Source: Malacoraja senta
Taxonomy: Eukaryota
Length of the DNA stretch: 64,000 nt
Direction: 5' to 3'
Assembly: GCA_038087875.1 (NCBI GenBank)
Contig: JAXLNO010000618.1
Location: 250,001-314,000, forward strand
Shown: positions 11,809 through 25,347 of the stretch, one piece after another
Position numbering within the stretch: the stretch's first letter is position 1
How the letters are laid out: each line of letters begins with the position of its first letter
The notes under the pieces: generated by a model
Seen by the model: the letters and a program-made list of their open reading frames with translations, nothing else
Told to the model about the DNA's origin: nothing
The model's database searches: none
Position numbers and translations under genes: made by a program

Positions 11809-13032
11809 GTAAGTTTCAATGAGATCTCCCTCATCCTTCTAAACTCCAGCGAGTAGAGGCATAGTGCCGTCAAACGCTCATCAGAACGGAATAACAACAA
11901 CTTTACTCTTCATATAACCAATTGTGAAAATTCACACCTCCACATTCAGGGACAGTCTCTTCCCAATTGTTATCAGGCAACTGAAACCATCCTACCAACA
12001 ACCAGGGTGCAGTCTTGAACTACTGTCTCCTGCATTGGAGATCATCGGACAATCTTTGATCGGACTTTACTGCCTTTATCTTGCACTAAACGTTATTCAC
12101 GTTATTCCCTTTATCATATATCTGTACACTATGGATGGCTCGATTGTAATCATGTATTGTCTTTCCACTGACTGGTTAGCACATTTAGTTTATTTAGTTT
12201 AGAGATACAGGGCGGAAACAGGGTCCGCACCAATTCCCGCACACTAACACTATCCTACACACACTTGGAACAGGTTTACATTTATACCAACCCAATTAAC
12301 CTACATACCCATAGTCAAGATCAAACCCGGCTGTGTGGCACTTAAGGCAGCAACTCCAGTGCTGCATCACCATGCTGTCCTTATTGTTGTAGGATGTGCA
12401 GGGAATGGAGGTATATTATGTGCCGGCAGATAGGAGTTGGTCTTGGCATCATGTTCAACACAGACATTGTGGGCCAAAGGGCCTGTTCCTGTGCTATACT
12501 GATCTATTGTGGTGATTGTGAAAACACATAATAATTACTTGATTGCTGATATCTCAAGTGTATTTACTAGGTACATTAAATATTCAGACAAAACTAAATT
12601 CCATTCCCGAGTCATCTAATTCCCACACCCCATTCAGCGTGAAGCATCAACTTTCTTGAGGTAATGATATATTTATTTGCTGTTAATATTTAACTGTGAG
12701 TTTAATGTTACACCAAATGGCAATTGGCTTGTTTCCATCAGTGTTTGCAATCTGGGTGACCCTGAATTTATTGCTTAGGTGTGAGATTCCTCGCAAGGAC
12801 TGAGATGAGGCAGAAACTTGACTGTTACAGACTTTTTGGAGGGGTTTGCAAGATTTTGACCCAACACCTCCGAAGGCAAGACAATATATTTACAAGCAGC
12901 CTCAAACACACCTCAGACAGTGTCATCAAGGCATTCATCACTGTCTGTGAAAAAACATGCCCTGCACATTTCCTTTAAACTCTCATCTTAAAGCTATGCC
13001 CTCTTGTATTCAATGTTTCCATCCATGTTAAG

Positions 13033-13357
13033 TTTAGTTTATTTTAGTTTAGAGATACAGCGCGGAAACAGGCCCTTCGTCCCACCGAGTCCGCACCGAC
13101 TAGTGATCCCTGGGAATTAGCACTACCCTACACACACTAGGGATGATTTACACATACACCAAGCCAATTAATCTACATACCTGTACATCTTTGGAGTGTG
13201 GGAGGAAACCGAAGATCTTGGAGAAAACCCATGCTGTCACGGAGAGAACGTACAAACTCCTTACAGACAGCACCCGTGGTCGGGATGGAACCTGGGTCTC
13301 CCACGCTGCAAGCGCTGTAAAGCAGCAACTCTACCGCTGCGCCACAGTGACTGCCCC
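13033..13357 (-). mobile_element. Near full-length tRNA-derived SINE (HE1-like); further copies at about 8163-8410(-), 12185-12380(-), 29925-30227(+), 30828-31137(-), 33505-33735(+), 35230-36055(+, split by RTE), 62115-62310(-)
   Basis: Minus strand has A box TGGCGCAGCGGT and B box GGTTCCATCCC, a conserved body and a (CTAAA)n tail. Confidence 0.85.
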
Positions 13358-13965
13358 TGTTCTGACTATCTATCCTATCTATACTTCTCATAGTTTTATG
13401 TACTTCTATCAGGTGTCCCATCAAACTCCGGCATTCTAGCGGAAGCAATCCATGTCTGTCCATCTGTTTCATGTAGCCAACACACCCTAGTCAAGGCATC
13501 ATTCTTGTAAACCTCTGCACCCTTTCCAATGCCTCTACATCCTTTATGTAATGGGTCAACAAAAACTGCACATAATACTCCAAATGTGGACTACCCAAAG
13601 CCCTATAAAACTATTATGACTTCCTGTCTCTAGAAACCCAAGATTCAACCCCAAGATCTCTCTGTAGATTAATGCTGTTAAGGGTCTTGACAATAACTGT
13701 ATACTTTTCCTTTACATTCGACCACTCAAAGTGTAACATACTTGCTCAAAATGAACTCCATTTGCAATTTTTCGGCCCATTTCTGTATCTGATGTATTTC
13801 CCATTGTACACTACAGCCTTCTTCACTGTTCGCAACTCCATCAATGTTGGTGGCGCCTGCAAACTAACTAACCAACCCAACCACTGGGTGGCGCCAGCAA
13901 TGGCTGCCTCGCCAACAGTCTGTCTTTCCCTTCCTTCTTTGTGTTTTAACAGTTTGTGTTAAATC

Positions 13966-14760
13966 AGGGGTTGGCAACCTACGGCCCACGGATCCGGGCT
14001 GTAAGCCGAAATCATCCGACCCGCAGGCGTAACACAAAACACACACAACACTTATCCGAGAGTAGTTCTCACACACACACACACACACACAGCCAATTCC
14101 ATATCACAACACCTGTCGACTCAAGGGCCTGTCCCACTGTACGAGCTAATTCAAGAGTTCTCCCGAGTTTCCCCTGATTCGAACTCAGAGAATAACGGTA
14201 ATAGCCGCTCGTAGATACTCGGGGCTCTCGTGGACATTTTTCAACATGTTTAAAAACCTTCATGAGTCTTCACGAGCTTACCGCGTTTCCCGAGTACCTG
14301 CCGTTAGCGTTACGAGCTGCTAAGAGACATCCCGAGCTCCGACGTACCCGCTAGGTACTTACCACGAGTTTGATTTTTTAAAATCTTGGGAGAGCTCTTG
14401 AATTACCTCGTACAGTGGGACAGGCCCTTAAATCTCTCTCTCCGTCCCTACCCTCCCACCCCCTCTTCCATCCTCCCGACCACCCAAAGTGAAAGCGCCC
14501 CCCCACCTCGGTGCTGCGGCTTGTGTGAAACTGCAGCGGGATGAGAGCGGCTTCGACAAGGTGGTGATGGAGCGGTTTCCTCGGGAGCCCAGCGGCGGAC
14601 TGGCTGGAGGAAAGCAAAGCATCAGTGGGGTCGGTGAGCAATTCCGCTCCGGCCACAGTTTTGCACTTTAGTCGTATTTGCTGCAGGGGTAATTGTCTTT
14701 TTGTTACGATTTTTTTTAACTATAATTAATTAATTATTAACTGAATCAAAATAAGAATGC
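13966..14760 (+). mobile_element. hAT/Charlie-like left end remnant
   Basis: Starts CAGGGGTTGGCAACCTACGGCCC; no matching right TIR found, so the right boundary is approximate. Confidence 0.5.
14124..14428 (+). mobile_element. MITE, PIF/Harbinger-like
   Basis: TIR AGGGCCTGTCCCACTGTACGAG ... CTCGTACAGTGGGACAGGCCCT with extended internal palindromy; flanks TCA/TAA (TNA-type TSD). Confidence 0.85.
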
Positions 14761-16524
14761 AAGGAAACAACAAGAGTCCAATCAGAACATAGACACAACA
14801 TGCTGGAGTAACTCGTCGGGACAGGCAGCATTTCTGAAGAGAAGGAATGGGTGACATTTTGGGTCGAGATCCTTCTTCAGACTGATGTCAGGGGAATGGG
14901 AGGTCGATAGCTAAGGAAGTGTATAGATAAGGAGGTGTGAGATGTGAAAACAGGACAAAGGGAATGGAGATCAAGGAAAATGTAGCAACAAAGGAAACAG
15001 AGATAAAGAAGGGAAACTCTCAGAAAAGATTGACAAGGGGGGGATCTGCTACATAGTGAGAAGCTGGGGTAAATATAACACCTTTATTTAACAGCAAGCT
15101 GCTTCGATAAACAAATAGGTAACAAGCCAACAGACGGTTACACTGATAAAGTTATACCAACAAGGGTGTTTGCAGGTTCAAGTGCAACATAAACTCTGGC
15201 CTTGAAGTATGATACTGTTTGGTTGGTTTCTGTGTGCATACGCAATGAGATTCTTTACAATGTAAATCAGAATATGAAAAACTGAGAAAAAAGTAAAATA
15301 TATAGATTCATTCTTGCAAAACCTTTCACAACATTTTAAAAACATTTAGAACCACTGAGTATTTCTTGAAATGTAAACACTATTGAATGAATAAACAAAG
15401 AACATTGAGCAGGATGACACAGGGATAAGCCCTAGCATCACAACGTCTGTGCTGGCTATGTTGCCATTACAAACTAATCCCATCTTCCTGCACATGGTCT
15501 ATCCAGACTGAAGAACGGTCTCGACCCAAAACATCACCAGTCCTTCTCTCCTGAGATGCTGCCTTTCCCGCTGAGTTACTCAAGATTTTTGTGTCTACCT
15601 TTGGTTTAAACCAGGATCTGCTGTTCCTTTCCACACACCCCTTCATTTCCTCTCTGTTCACATGTCAGGACCCAAGAGAGACAAGAGAAAGCTTCTTTAA
15701 TCAAATGTCTAATTAAATGTTCCAACAACAGAACAACTACATTATTACATGCAGCAGTCTAACAGGCCCATAAACAGAGTATAAATTGATAAAAAAAGAT
15801 AATAATTTAAAAAAAAATAAGAGCCACTGTGTGGCACGACAGTCAAAATCAATTTATTAGTTAACATAAAACATAGAGCAGTACCACATATATGCCTGTT
15901 TAAATGCCTTTAAACATTGCTATCATATCTGTTTCCACTACTTCCTCTGACAGCATGCTCCAAGCACCCACCACTGTGTAAAAAATCATTTAAGATTTAC
16001 TCCTCTCTACTCTGTGTCTCTCATAATTATATATACTTCCATCAGGTGTCCCCCACCCTCCTCATATTCCAACTCCACAGGAGCAAATGATCTAAGTTTG
16101 TCCAACCTGTCCTCACAGCTGACACTCTCAAACACTGCTTCCAATTTTCATTCAAAGGGAAATGTGATGAGCGACAGATGATCTGTGTTCTTCGGTGGTA
16201 TCAACTGCAAGATAAATATCAATGAGGATTCTGGGATTAACCTGTATTCCTTAAATAACGTTTTGGGATTATTTTTTAGAGGGCTGAAATATATATCAGG
16301 CCATTCAGCCCACCGAATCCACACCAGTCATTGACCATCTGTTCACACCAGTTCAGTGTTATCACATTTATGCATCACATCTTGACTTCACGGAGGCCAA
16401 TTAAGCAACAAGTCAGCATGTGGTGTACGAGGAAGCTGGAGCACCTGGAGGTAGCCAGCGCAGTCACAGGGGGAAGGTGCAAACTCCACACGGACAGTAC
16501 TTGAGGGCAGGATCAAGGCCAGGT

Positions 16525-17070
16525 CATAAGGAATGGGTGTAGAATTAGGCCATTCGGCCCATCTAGTTCACTCCACCATTCAATCATTACTGATCTATCT
16601 CTCCATCCTCACCCCAATTCTCCTGCCTTCTCCCCATAACCTCGGACACTTGTACCAATCAAGAATCTATCTATCTTCGACTTAAAAATATCCAGTCGGC
16701 CTCCACAGCCTTCTGTGGCAGCAAATTCCATGGATTTGCCACCCTCTGCCTTAAGAAATTTCTCCTCATCTTCCTAAAAGAACGTCCTTTAAATCTGAGG
16801 CTATGGCCTCCAGTCCTAGACTCTCTCACTAGTGGATACATCGTCTCCACATCCACTCTATCCAAACCATTCACTATTCTGTAGGTTTTAATGAGGTCCC
16901 CCCTCATTCTTCTAAACTCCAGAGAGTACAGGCCAAGTGCTAGCAAATGTTCATGATAGGTTAACCTACTCATTTCTGGGATCATTGTTGTAAACCTCCT
17001 CTGGTCACTCTCCAGAGCCAGCACATCCTTCCTCAGATATAGTGCCCAGAATTGCTCACAATATTCTCTA
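16525..17070 (-). mobile_element. CR1 LINE 3' fragment
   Basis: ORF 16671-17156(-): EYCEQFWALYLRKDVLALE...LGLYSLEFRRMRGDLI. Confidence 0.85.
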
Positions 17071-19209
17071 GCACTGAGGGAGCAGCTCTGCCAGTTGTGC
17101 CATAGTGTCGGCCTGGTAGTATTTTGGTTTAACATGTGGTAGTAAAATTGCATCACAAACTCTGCAGAACACCCTGTATAGCACTAGATTCCACTGATGT
17201 TTCTTTGGTGGGATATTGACCCGTGGCTCTCTGACTGAGAATGGAGATATGCTGTGGCTGACACCCAATGAAAAAAATGTTTTGCACACAACTCAGTTAC
17301 TTCTTGCCTGGGTGGATGGAGCCCGCAGCGGGGGCTTGGGTCAGTGCCACGAAGGTGTCCGGAGAGGACCCGGCAGTGTTAGTGAAGAGGCCGGTGTGGC
17401 GGTCGATGATGGCGCCTACCGATGGACGAGGATGGAGACGTGGAATTGAGGACGCCGCTGCCGAGGGAAGGAGCAAAGGAGGACCTGGCGTGGGGGAACG
17501 GAAATTTGTAACTTTGTAAGCGCCCTTTATGGGCAACTATTTCCATACCTTGTGTGTGCAAGCAAAGAATGTCACTGAGCCTTCAAAGTATTCAATTCAA
17601 TCAACAGCCACCTCTCATAATCTATTGATAACAGGCCTTTTGTTACAAGATGGCATTCTCTGGAAAGGCATAGGTTATTAAAAAATGTTTTAATCAATTT
17701 CTCTGATAAAAGTGCACTGACCTCTTGTTCTGCTTTAGCTGTAAGTAGACACACTCTACAGTAACTTTCTCACATGACCGAACTTTGAAGATCAGTTCTC
17801 ACATGGTATGTTTGATAGCTATTTTCATTTACCGGGAGACATCACAGCCTAGCCTGAACTAGACTGCATGCTACTCCATAGTTAATGGTGAGATCAAGGC
17901 TTTTTGTCTGTCAGTCTGATATTGATTACAGTTGAATTCAGGAAACCCAATACCAAGCACAGCCTTTCACGAGGAAAAGCAAACAAATTGTGGCATTTAT
18001 TAAAGAAATACTCACTCTCCCTATTGGACAATGTTAATGAATTCTGCTTTCAAACAATGAGTTCAAACCATGCTAAACAAGTCCAAAACATTCTTAATGT
18101 AAACAAAGGAACTGCAGATGCTGGTTTAAGCCGAAGATAGACACAAAATGTTGTAGTAACTCACAGGCACAGGCAGCATCTCTGGATAGAAGGAATGGGT
18201 GATGTTTTGGGTTGAGATCCATTGGGGGGGGGGGGGAAATCCTCCTGGCCTATGTGTAAATCGCATGTCAATCAGAATGGAGATGTTGACTGTGAAATGG
18301 AAGTCAGTGGGATTTGGATGGAAATGTGAACTTATAAAATTTAAAAGTAGTCTATTGGATCTGAATACATCTTGGTCTGAAGTAGGGTCTCGACCCACAA
18401 TGTTACCCATTCCTTCTCTCTAGAGATGCTGCCTGTGAGTTACTCCAGCATTTTGTGTCTGTCTTCCGTGTAAACTGGCATCTGCAGTTCTTTCCTGCAC
18501 ATTTGGTATGTGAATCAGTATTGTGTGAATGGATAATTTTTTTGAATGGGGATGTTCTTCAGAATGGTGTTGGTGGATACATTTTTGAATGGGGTATGTG
18601 ATTCACCATGGTGTGAATGGAGGAATTTTGGAACGGGGCATGTGATTCAAAATGGTGTGAACAAATCAAGTTTATCAATGACACCTACATTTATGCAATT
18701 AATCTATATTTATCATATCTAATTTTATAACATAAATATGAACTTCAAATTGAATTAATTACGTTCCACCCTGTTATTGATCTTTTAGATAGTTGAGAAG
18801 GTATTGAAAGAGTGCCTTGTTCACTCAAGACCCCAGGCAATAGTGGACAGTTTATCAGCAAACACTTGGCCCAGTGCCTGAGGTGCTCCAGTCACTAAGT
18901 GATGGAAATGTATTTGTCATTCCACAAATCTCACATTGTGTAAGAGGTTGGGGCTGGAGTCTCAGCCCAACAGATCAGTCAGAAGAGGTACAGGAACAGA
19001 GGCAGGGTGAATGTGTGCTTTGTAGACTATCAGATACAGAATATTACAGGTCAGGAACTCACCCTTTGGCCCACAATGTATATGCCAAACGTAATGCCAA
19101 GATAAACTGACCTAGTCGAATGCAAACAGAAATTTTACATTCGATGAACACTTTCACATCATACAACCCATCTCCAATGAAAATTATCTCCTTCCTTCCA
19201 TGACTTTTA

Positions 19210-20870
19210 AACATAGAGACATAGAAACATAGAAAATAGGTGCAGGAGGAGGCCATTCGGCCCTTCGAGCCAGCACCGCCATTCATTATGATCATGGCTG
19301 ATCGTCCCCTATCAATAACCCATGCCTGCCTTCTCCCCATATCCCTTGACTCCACTAGCCCCTAGAGCTCTATCTAACTCTCTGTTAAATCCATCCAGTG
19401 ATTTGGCCTCCACTGCCCTCTGTGGCAGGGAATTCCATAAATTCACAACTCTCTGGGTGAAAAAGATTTTTCTCACCCGAGTCTTAAATGACCTCCCCTT
19501 TATTCTAAGAATGTGGCCCCTGGTTTAGTTATGGAGTCATAGAGTGATACAGTTTGGGAACAGACCCTTCGGCCCAACATGTCCACAGCGGCCAACATGT
19601 CCCAGCTACACTAGTCCCACCTGCCTGCCTTTGGTCCATATCCCTCCAAACCTGTCATATTAATGTACATGTCTAACTGTTTCTTAAACGAGGGGATAGT
19701 CCCAGCCTCAATTACCTCCTCTGGGAGCTTGTTCCATACACCCACCACACTTTGTGTGAAAAAGTTACCCTTCGGATTCCTATTAAATCTTTTCCCATTG
19801 ACCTTGAAACTATGTCATCTGGTCCTCGATTCCCCTACTCTGGGCAAAAGACTCTGTGCATCTACCCGAACTATTCCTCTCATGGTTTTGTATACCTCTT
19901 ACAAGATCACCCCTCATCCTCCTGCGCTCCAAGGAATAGAGACCCAGCCTACTCAACCTCTCCCTATAACTCACACCCTCTAGTCCTGGCAACATCCTTG
20001 TAAATATTTTCTGACCAGTTTCAAGCTTGACAACATATTTCCTATAACATGGTGCCCAGAACTGAACACAATATTCTAAATGCGGTCTCACCAATGTCTT
20101 ATACGACTGCAACATGACCTCCCAACTTCTGTACTCATTATTCTGACTGATGAAGGACAATGTGCCAAAAGCCTTTTTGACTACCTTATCTACATGTGAC
20201 TCGACATTTAAGGAACCACATAACCATATAACCATAACAGCACGGAAACAGGCCATCTCGGCCCTTCAAGTCCGTGCCGAACATTAAAAAAAAAAAGTTT
20301 TTTAAAATTTTTATTTATTTATTTATATTTAAGTACAACCTTGCACTTGTACTCCTAGATCCCTCTCCTCTCAACACTCCCCAGAGACAGACCATTTACT
20401 GTGTTAGACATCCCAAAGAGCAACACCTCACACTTCTCTGTATTAAATTCCATCAACCATTCCTCGGCCCACTGGCCAATCGATCCAGATCCTGCTGCAA
20501 TCGTTCACAACCATCGTCTACCTGCAATTGTTCACAACCATCTTCACTATCTGCAAAACCACTCACTTGTGTATCATCAGCAAACTCGCTAATCTTGGAT
20601 AATTATATAATCCAAATCAATTATGTAGATGACAAACAGTAACGGGCCCAGCACCGAACCCTGAGTCACACCACTAGTCACATGCCTCCAATCAGTGAAG
20701 CAACCTTCCACCATCATCCTCTGCTTCCTTCCATGGAGCCATTTGCTATCCATTCAGCTATCTCTCCTTGGATCTCATGTGATCAAATCTTCCAGAGCAG
20801 CCTACCATGCTACCTTTTCAAATACCTTTCTGAATTCCATGTACACAACATCTACAGCTCTGTAGAGCTT
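19210..20870 (-). mobile_element. Two stacked CR1 LINE fragments
   Basis: ORF 19810-20256(-): KTLVRPHLEYCVQFWAPCYRK...LERRRMRGDL; separate 3' tails near 19210 and 19530. Confidence 0.85.
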
Positions 20871-21989
20871 CCACAGCTCCAGTTGTGCAAAGTCATGGAG
20901 AACACATCTCCGGTCAGTCAGCTAATTTCCATTGTGTTCAGTGTGTTGGACTGAGGGGAAAAAATGGGATTAAAGGATGAGATTCGTTCTCCAGGTGCTG
21001 TGATACATTGTAAATGGATCGATTGTAATGTGTACGAAGGAACTGCAGATACTGATTTAAACTGAAGGTAGACATAAAAAAGCTGGAGTAACTCAGCGGG
21101 GCAGGCAGCATCTCTGGAGAGAAGAATTGAAGAAGGGTCTCAACCCAAAACGTCACCCATTCCTTCTCTCCAGAGATGCTGCCTGTCCTGCTGAGTTACT
21201 CCAGCTTTTTGTGTCTATCTTCAGATCGATTACAATCATGTATTGACTTTCTGCTGACTGGTTAGCACACAACAAAAGCTTTTCACTGTAAACAGCTTTC
21301 ACTATTTCACAATAAACTAAACTGAACTGAGACTATTAATACTTCATACCTGTGCATAAACCTGGGCAAATGAATTTTAAAATAATTCTTGTCTATAACC
21401 TGCTTATGTATTCGTGACAGTGGGTGCATTGATTCAATGGTTCAATGGTACTTTATTGTCACATATACCTGGGTTCAGTGAAATTCCTTATTGCCTACAG
21501 TTCTGTCAAACATTTACAATCCACAAGGACAATCATACTTTAGTACAAGACTACAGGAAATATAGATTACATTGAGACAATACAAGAGTTACCACATTTC
21601 CACTAACATTTTGCATAAATCAAAACTCCAAAGTTGTAAACAATGTTGGGATTTAACTTGACCTTATAACCTATTGCTTTGGTGGCAGCACCGGTTTGGA
21701 GCTGCAGGGTTTAGCCCACATTATTTGGTATTAGTGTAAAGTTCACAATATCAGGATTAATCTTGCATGGAACAGACACTGGTCCACGGCCCTAACTTGA
21801 ATCTGACTTTATGAAATAATTGAGCATTGTACACTTGGCCAGACATTCCTTATCAAGATTACTAGAAGCGACAACCTGCCCAGCCAATGTTACCTCAAAG
21901 TGACTATGAGTGTGATGAACATGGATTGACTTGGAACGTTTCCTGAAAGATCAGCACACATTGAAATGATAACGCAATCAACTGTTATT

Positions 21990-22325
21990 CGATGCATAGA
22001 TTACTTTGCCCAGAGTAGGGGAATCGAGGACCAGAGGACATAGGTTCACGGTGAAGGCGAAAAGATTTAATAGGTATCCGAGGGGTAACTTTTTCACACA
22101 AAGGGTGGTGGGTTTATGGAACAAGCTGCCAGAGGAGGGAGTTGAGGCTGGGACTATGCTATTGTTTAAGAAACAGTTGGACAGGTACATGGATAGGACA
22201 GGTTTGGGTGGATATGGACCAATCGCAGGCAAGTGGGACCAGTGTAGCTGGGACATTGTTGGCCGGTGTGGGCGAGTTGGGCCGAAGGACCTGTTTCCAA
22301 ACTGTATCACTCTATGACTCTATGA
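21990..22325 (+). mobile_element. CR1 LINE 3' end
   Basis: PRVGESRTRGHRF...FFTQRVVGLWNKLPEE motif and (CTCTATGA)n tail. Confidence 0.85.
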
Positions 22326-22729
22326 TATTATTAATAAAATTAATTAACGACAATCAAGTAGATTGTTTGAAGCTGTTCCCATTCCTTATGCAGATACCAA
22401 GTAACCCAATCATGGTAAATCAATGTTAGGTGCCTGGAAAATGTAGAGTACTCACTAATCAAGATCTGGGACTTTAGTGACCTTCCTTCCATTATAAAGT
22501 CAAAAGTGATTGTCTGCTGTTGATTGCACAATGCTCAATTTCATTTCCTCATTTATTCACTGCACCACAAGTTTTAACCAGCGACAAAACACACTGCAGA
22601 TACGTGTCGTCTAGTCCATCAGAACATTCCAAACTCAACATCTCAAGCACAAGAACAACAAGGTCAGCAGATGTGTGAGAACCTGACCTGGGATCCATCC
22701 TGACTTAGAATTGAATCACCATTTGTTCA

Positions 22730-23010
22730 TAATTGAGTTTGGTTTAGAGATATGTCATGCCGGCAGTTCGAAATAAACAGGTCAGGAGAGGGTAGAAGGC
22801 CGGCACAGGGGGTCAAAGAGGAGGGGGAATGTTGGATACGGAGGACGGTGTTTTCAATGGGACGTGAGGACTCCTTCCCGTAGAAAAAGGCTCGGAAGCG
22901 GAGGCAACTGAAGAAGAGCTCTACATCATGGTAAGCCCTGAACTTGTTGAAGTGGGGGGTGTAGGGGTACAAAGGTAAGGCCTCTGTTCAAGACTGACTG
23001 GTCTGTATCA
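22730..23010 (-). mobile_element. Degenerate Penelope ORF fragment
   Basis: PHFNKFRAYHDVELFF..LRFRAFFYGKE is similar to the intact ORF at 26800-27020. Confidence 0.75.
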
Positions 23011-23379
23011 GAAGGAAGTCGCGCGGGGGGGGGGGGGGGGAGCGGGGAGAAGGATCCCAGAGAGCTCTACCATACATTGTAGGGGCCAACAGTCAATGGC
23101 CGAAAACTGGGACTGCAAACCATGTGAGTTGATGTATTTGGCCGGCTGGTGGCCGGTGACGAGGCGAGGAGCGGCGGAGTCAATGGGCCCACGAGGGGCT
23201 AGAGTACAGGTGAAGGTTGGAGGCAAACATGGCCTGGAAGCTTTGTGGGCCGATGGTGGCATCGGCAACAGTGTCAGTAGGTCAGGCCTGGAAGCTCCAT
23301 TAACCATTCTTCAGCCCACTTGTCTCACTGATCAAGATCCAGCTGTAATTTTTGATAACTATGTTCACTGTTTATGATA

Positions 23380-24290
23380 CCAACTACGTCAATGTCATCT
23401 GCAAAGTTTCTAATCATGCTGCACATTTTCATGTAAGTTGCTCATATAAACCACAATCAGCAATTGTGTCCCTCAGGGATCAGCACTGATCCCTGAGGGA
23501 CACCTCTAGTCACAGGCCTCCTGTGTGAAAAGCACTTCCACTATCACCCTATGCTTCCTTCCATGAACCTAATTCATTGGTTAGGCAGCTAGTTCTCCCT
23601 GAATGCCATGAGCTCTAATCATCAAGGGCAGCCTACCATGCAGAAACTTATCAAAGGCCTTGCTAAAGACCATATGTACAATGTCTATGACCTTATCATC
23701 ATCAACCTTCTTGGTTAATTTTTCCAAAAACTACCAGATTGGTGAGGCATGATCTCCCACGTCCAAAACCACGCTGACCAGCCCCCGTCTCTTCAAATGC
23801 ATATTTATCTTCTCTCTCTGAATCCTCTCCAGTAACTTACCTACCGCAGATTGTAGGCCCACTGATTTATAGTTTCTAGGTTTTGCCCTATAGTCCTTCT
23901 TAAATAGATGCACAACATTTGCCATCCTCCAGTTATCCGGCACCTCACCCATGTCTAACAATGATTCATATCTCTCAGTCAGGGCGCTTGCAATTTCTTC
24001 TCTAGCTCCCCACATTGTCCTCAGATATATGTGATCAGGTCTGGGTGAATTATCTACTTTCATATATCTTAGGATTTCCAGCACATCATCGGGCATAACA
24101 CGGACTGACCTCCAGACATCTCCATTTCCTGTTGCAAGCTCCCTCATCTTCAAATCTTTCTCCACAGTAAAAACAGGGGAGAAATACTCATTGAAGATCT
24201 TGCTCATCTCATGCAGCTCCTCACAGAGATGACAGCTTTTATTTTCTGAGTGGATTTATTCTTTATCAAGTTACCCTCATTCATTTAATG
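23380..24290 (-). mobile_element. Degenerate CR1 ORF2 (RT N-terminal region)
   Basis: ORF 23731-24207(-): NEYFSPVFT...SPRPDHIY...GEVPDNWRMANVVHLFKK. Confidence 0.8.
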
Positions 24291-24299
24291 TAGGAGTGA

Positions 24300-25347
24300 A
24301 GAAGACTGTAAAAACTTGTGAACACTGCCCAGTCCATCACGGGTTCTGACCTTCCTACCATCGAAGGAAGCTCAAAAAGGCAGCAAGCATCACCAGAGAC
24401 CCACACCACCCTGGCCACACACTTATTTCACCCCTGCCATAGGGTAGAAGGTACAGGAGCGTTAAAACTGTAACGTCAGGTTCAGGAATAACTTCTACCC
24501 TACAGCCTTTAGGCTATTAAACACTACAGCCTTAAACAAGCTCTTAACTACATAGACTATTATTGTTATTGTTGCACCATGGTTTGTATTTTGTGTGTAC
24601 ATATGAGTGTGTGTGTGTATATATATATACGAATATGATCTGTATATATGTGTATTTGTGAGTATGTGTATATATACACACCCAGATATTTTTATTTCTT
24701 GTTTCTTATATTGTTTACAGTGTACTATGTTTACATATTCTGTTGTGCTGCTGCAAGTAAGAATGTCATTGTTCTATCTAGGACATCTCTATATAATTAA
24801 AAGTCTTTGGCTTGTTTGTGCCCACGATGTGTCTCTGTGTGTGTCAATCTGGTTAATTGCTATCTTCTTCCTAATGCTAGGCCACAGCTTTCTCATTTTC
24901 ACACGTCGTACTCACATTTTTCCCGTGGTGGCGATAAACATCTTCCCGTCACATTTCCACCTATATTTCCGAAGTTATTAATCATAACATTTTTTTAAAC
25001 AGTCTGATTTGTTCAATCTTCCAATTTGGAAACAAAATCCGAGTGACTTCACAATGCACTCGCAAGGCAGGACAGGGCCACTCCAGGAGGGATGGGCACT
25101 CCAGTGCTCCAACCCTCCCTCCCCCCCACCCCCCTCCAGTGCACCAATCACGATGGGCTCTCAAGCTGCCGAGTGCCACCCCCCCCCCCCCGTCCCCTCC
25201 CCCCACCGGGTTATTCATGATTAAAGTTGTTTTTTAAGCCAAACGGGTTGCGTTGGGGGAACGGGTGAGTGCTGGAATATTTTGTTGGGGGAGCAGACCC
25301 GATCTGCACTTGGTCTAGTATGACAATAAAACAATATTGACTCTTGA
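24300..25347 (+). mobile_element. Rex1/Babar-type LINE 3' fragment whose tail is split by the Helitron
   Basis: RDPHHPGHTLISPLP-like sequence at about 24395-24440; tail resembles 4180-4310 on both sides of the insert. Confidence 0.65.
24786..25318 (+). mobile_element. Non-autonomous Helitron (533 bp)
   Basis: 5' TC (TCTCTATATAATTAAAAG), 3' CTAG, subterminal hairpin GCAGA-cccga-TCTGC about 11 bp from the end; inserted between host A and T (ggaca|tatgacaataaa) with no TSD. Confidence 0.85.

Noticed and set aside
13270..13357. tRNA-like sequence with A and B boxes
   Set aside because: Head of a SINE continuous with the SINE body and tail; not a standalone tRNA gene
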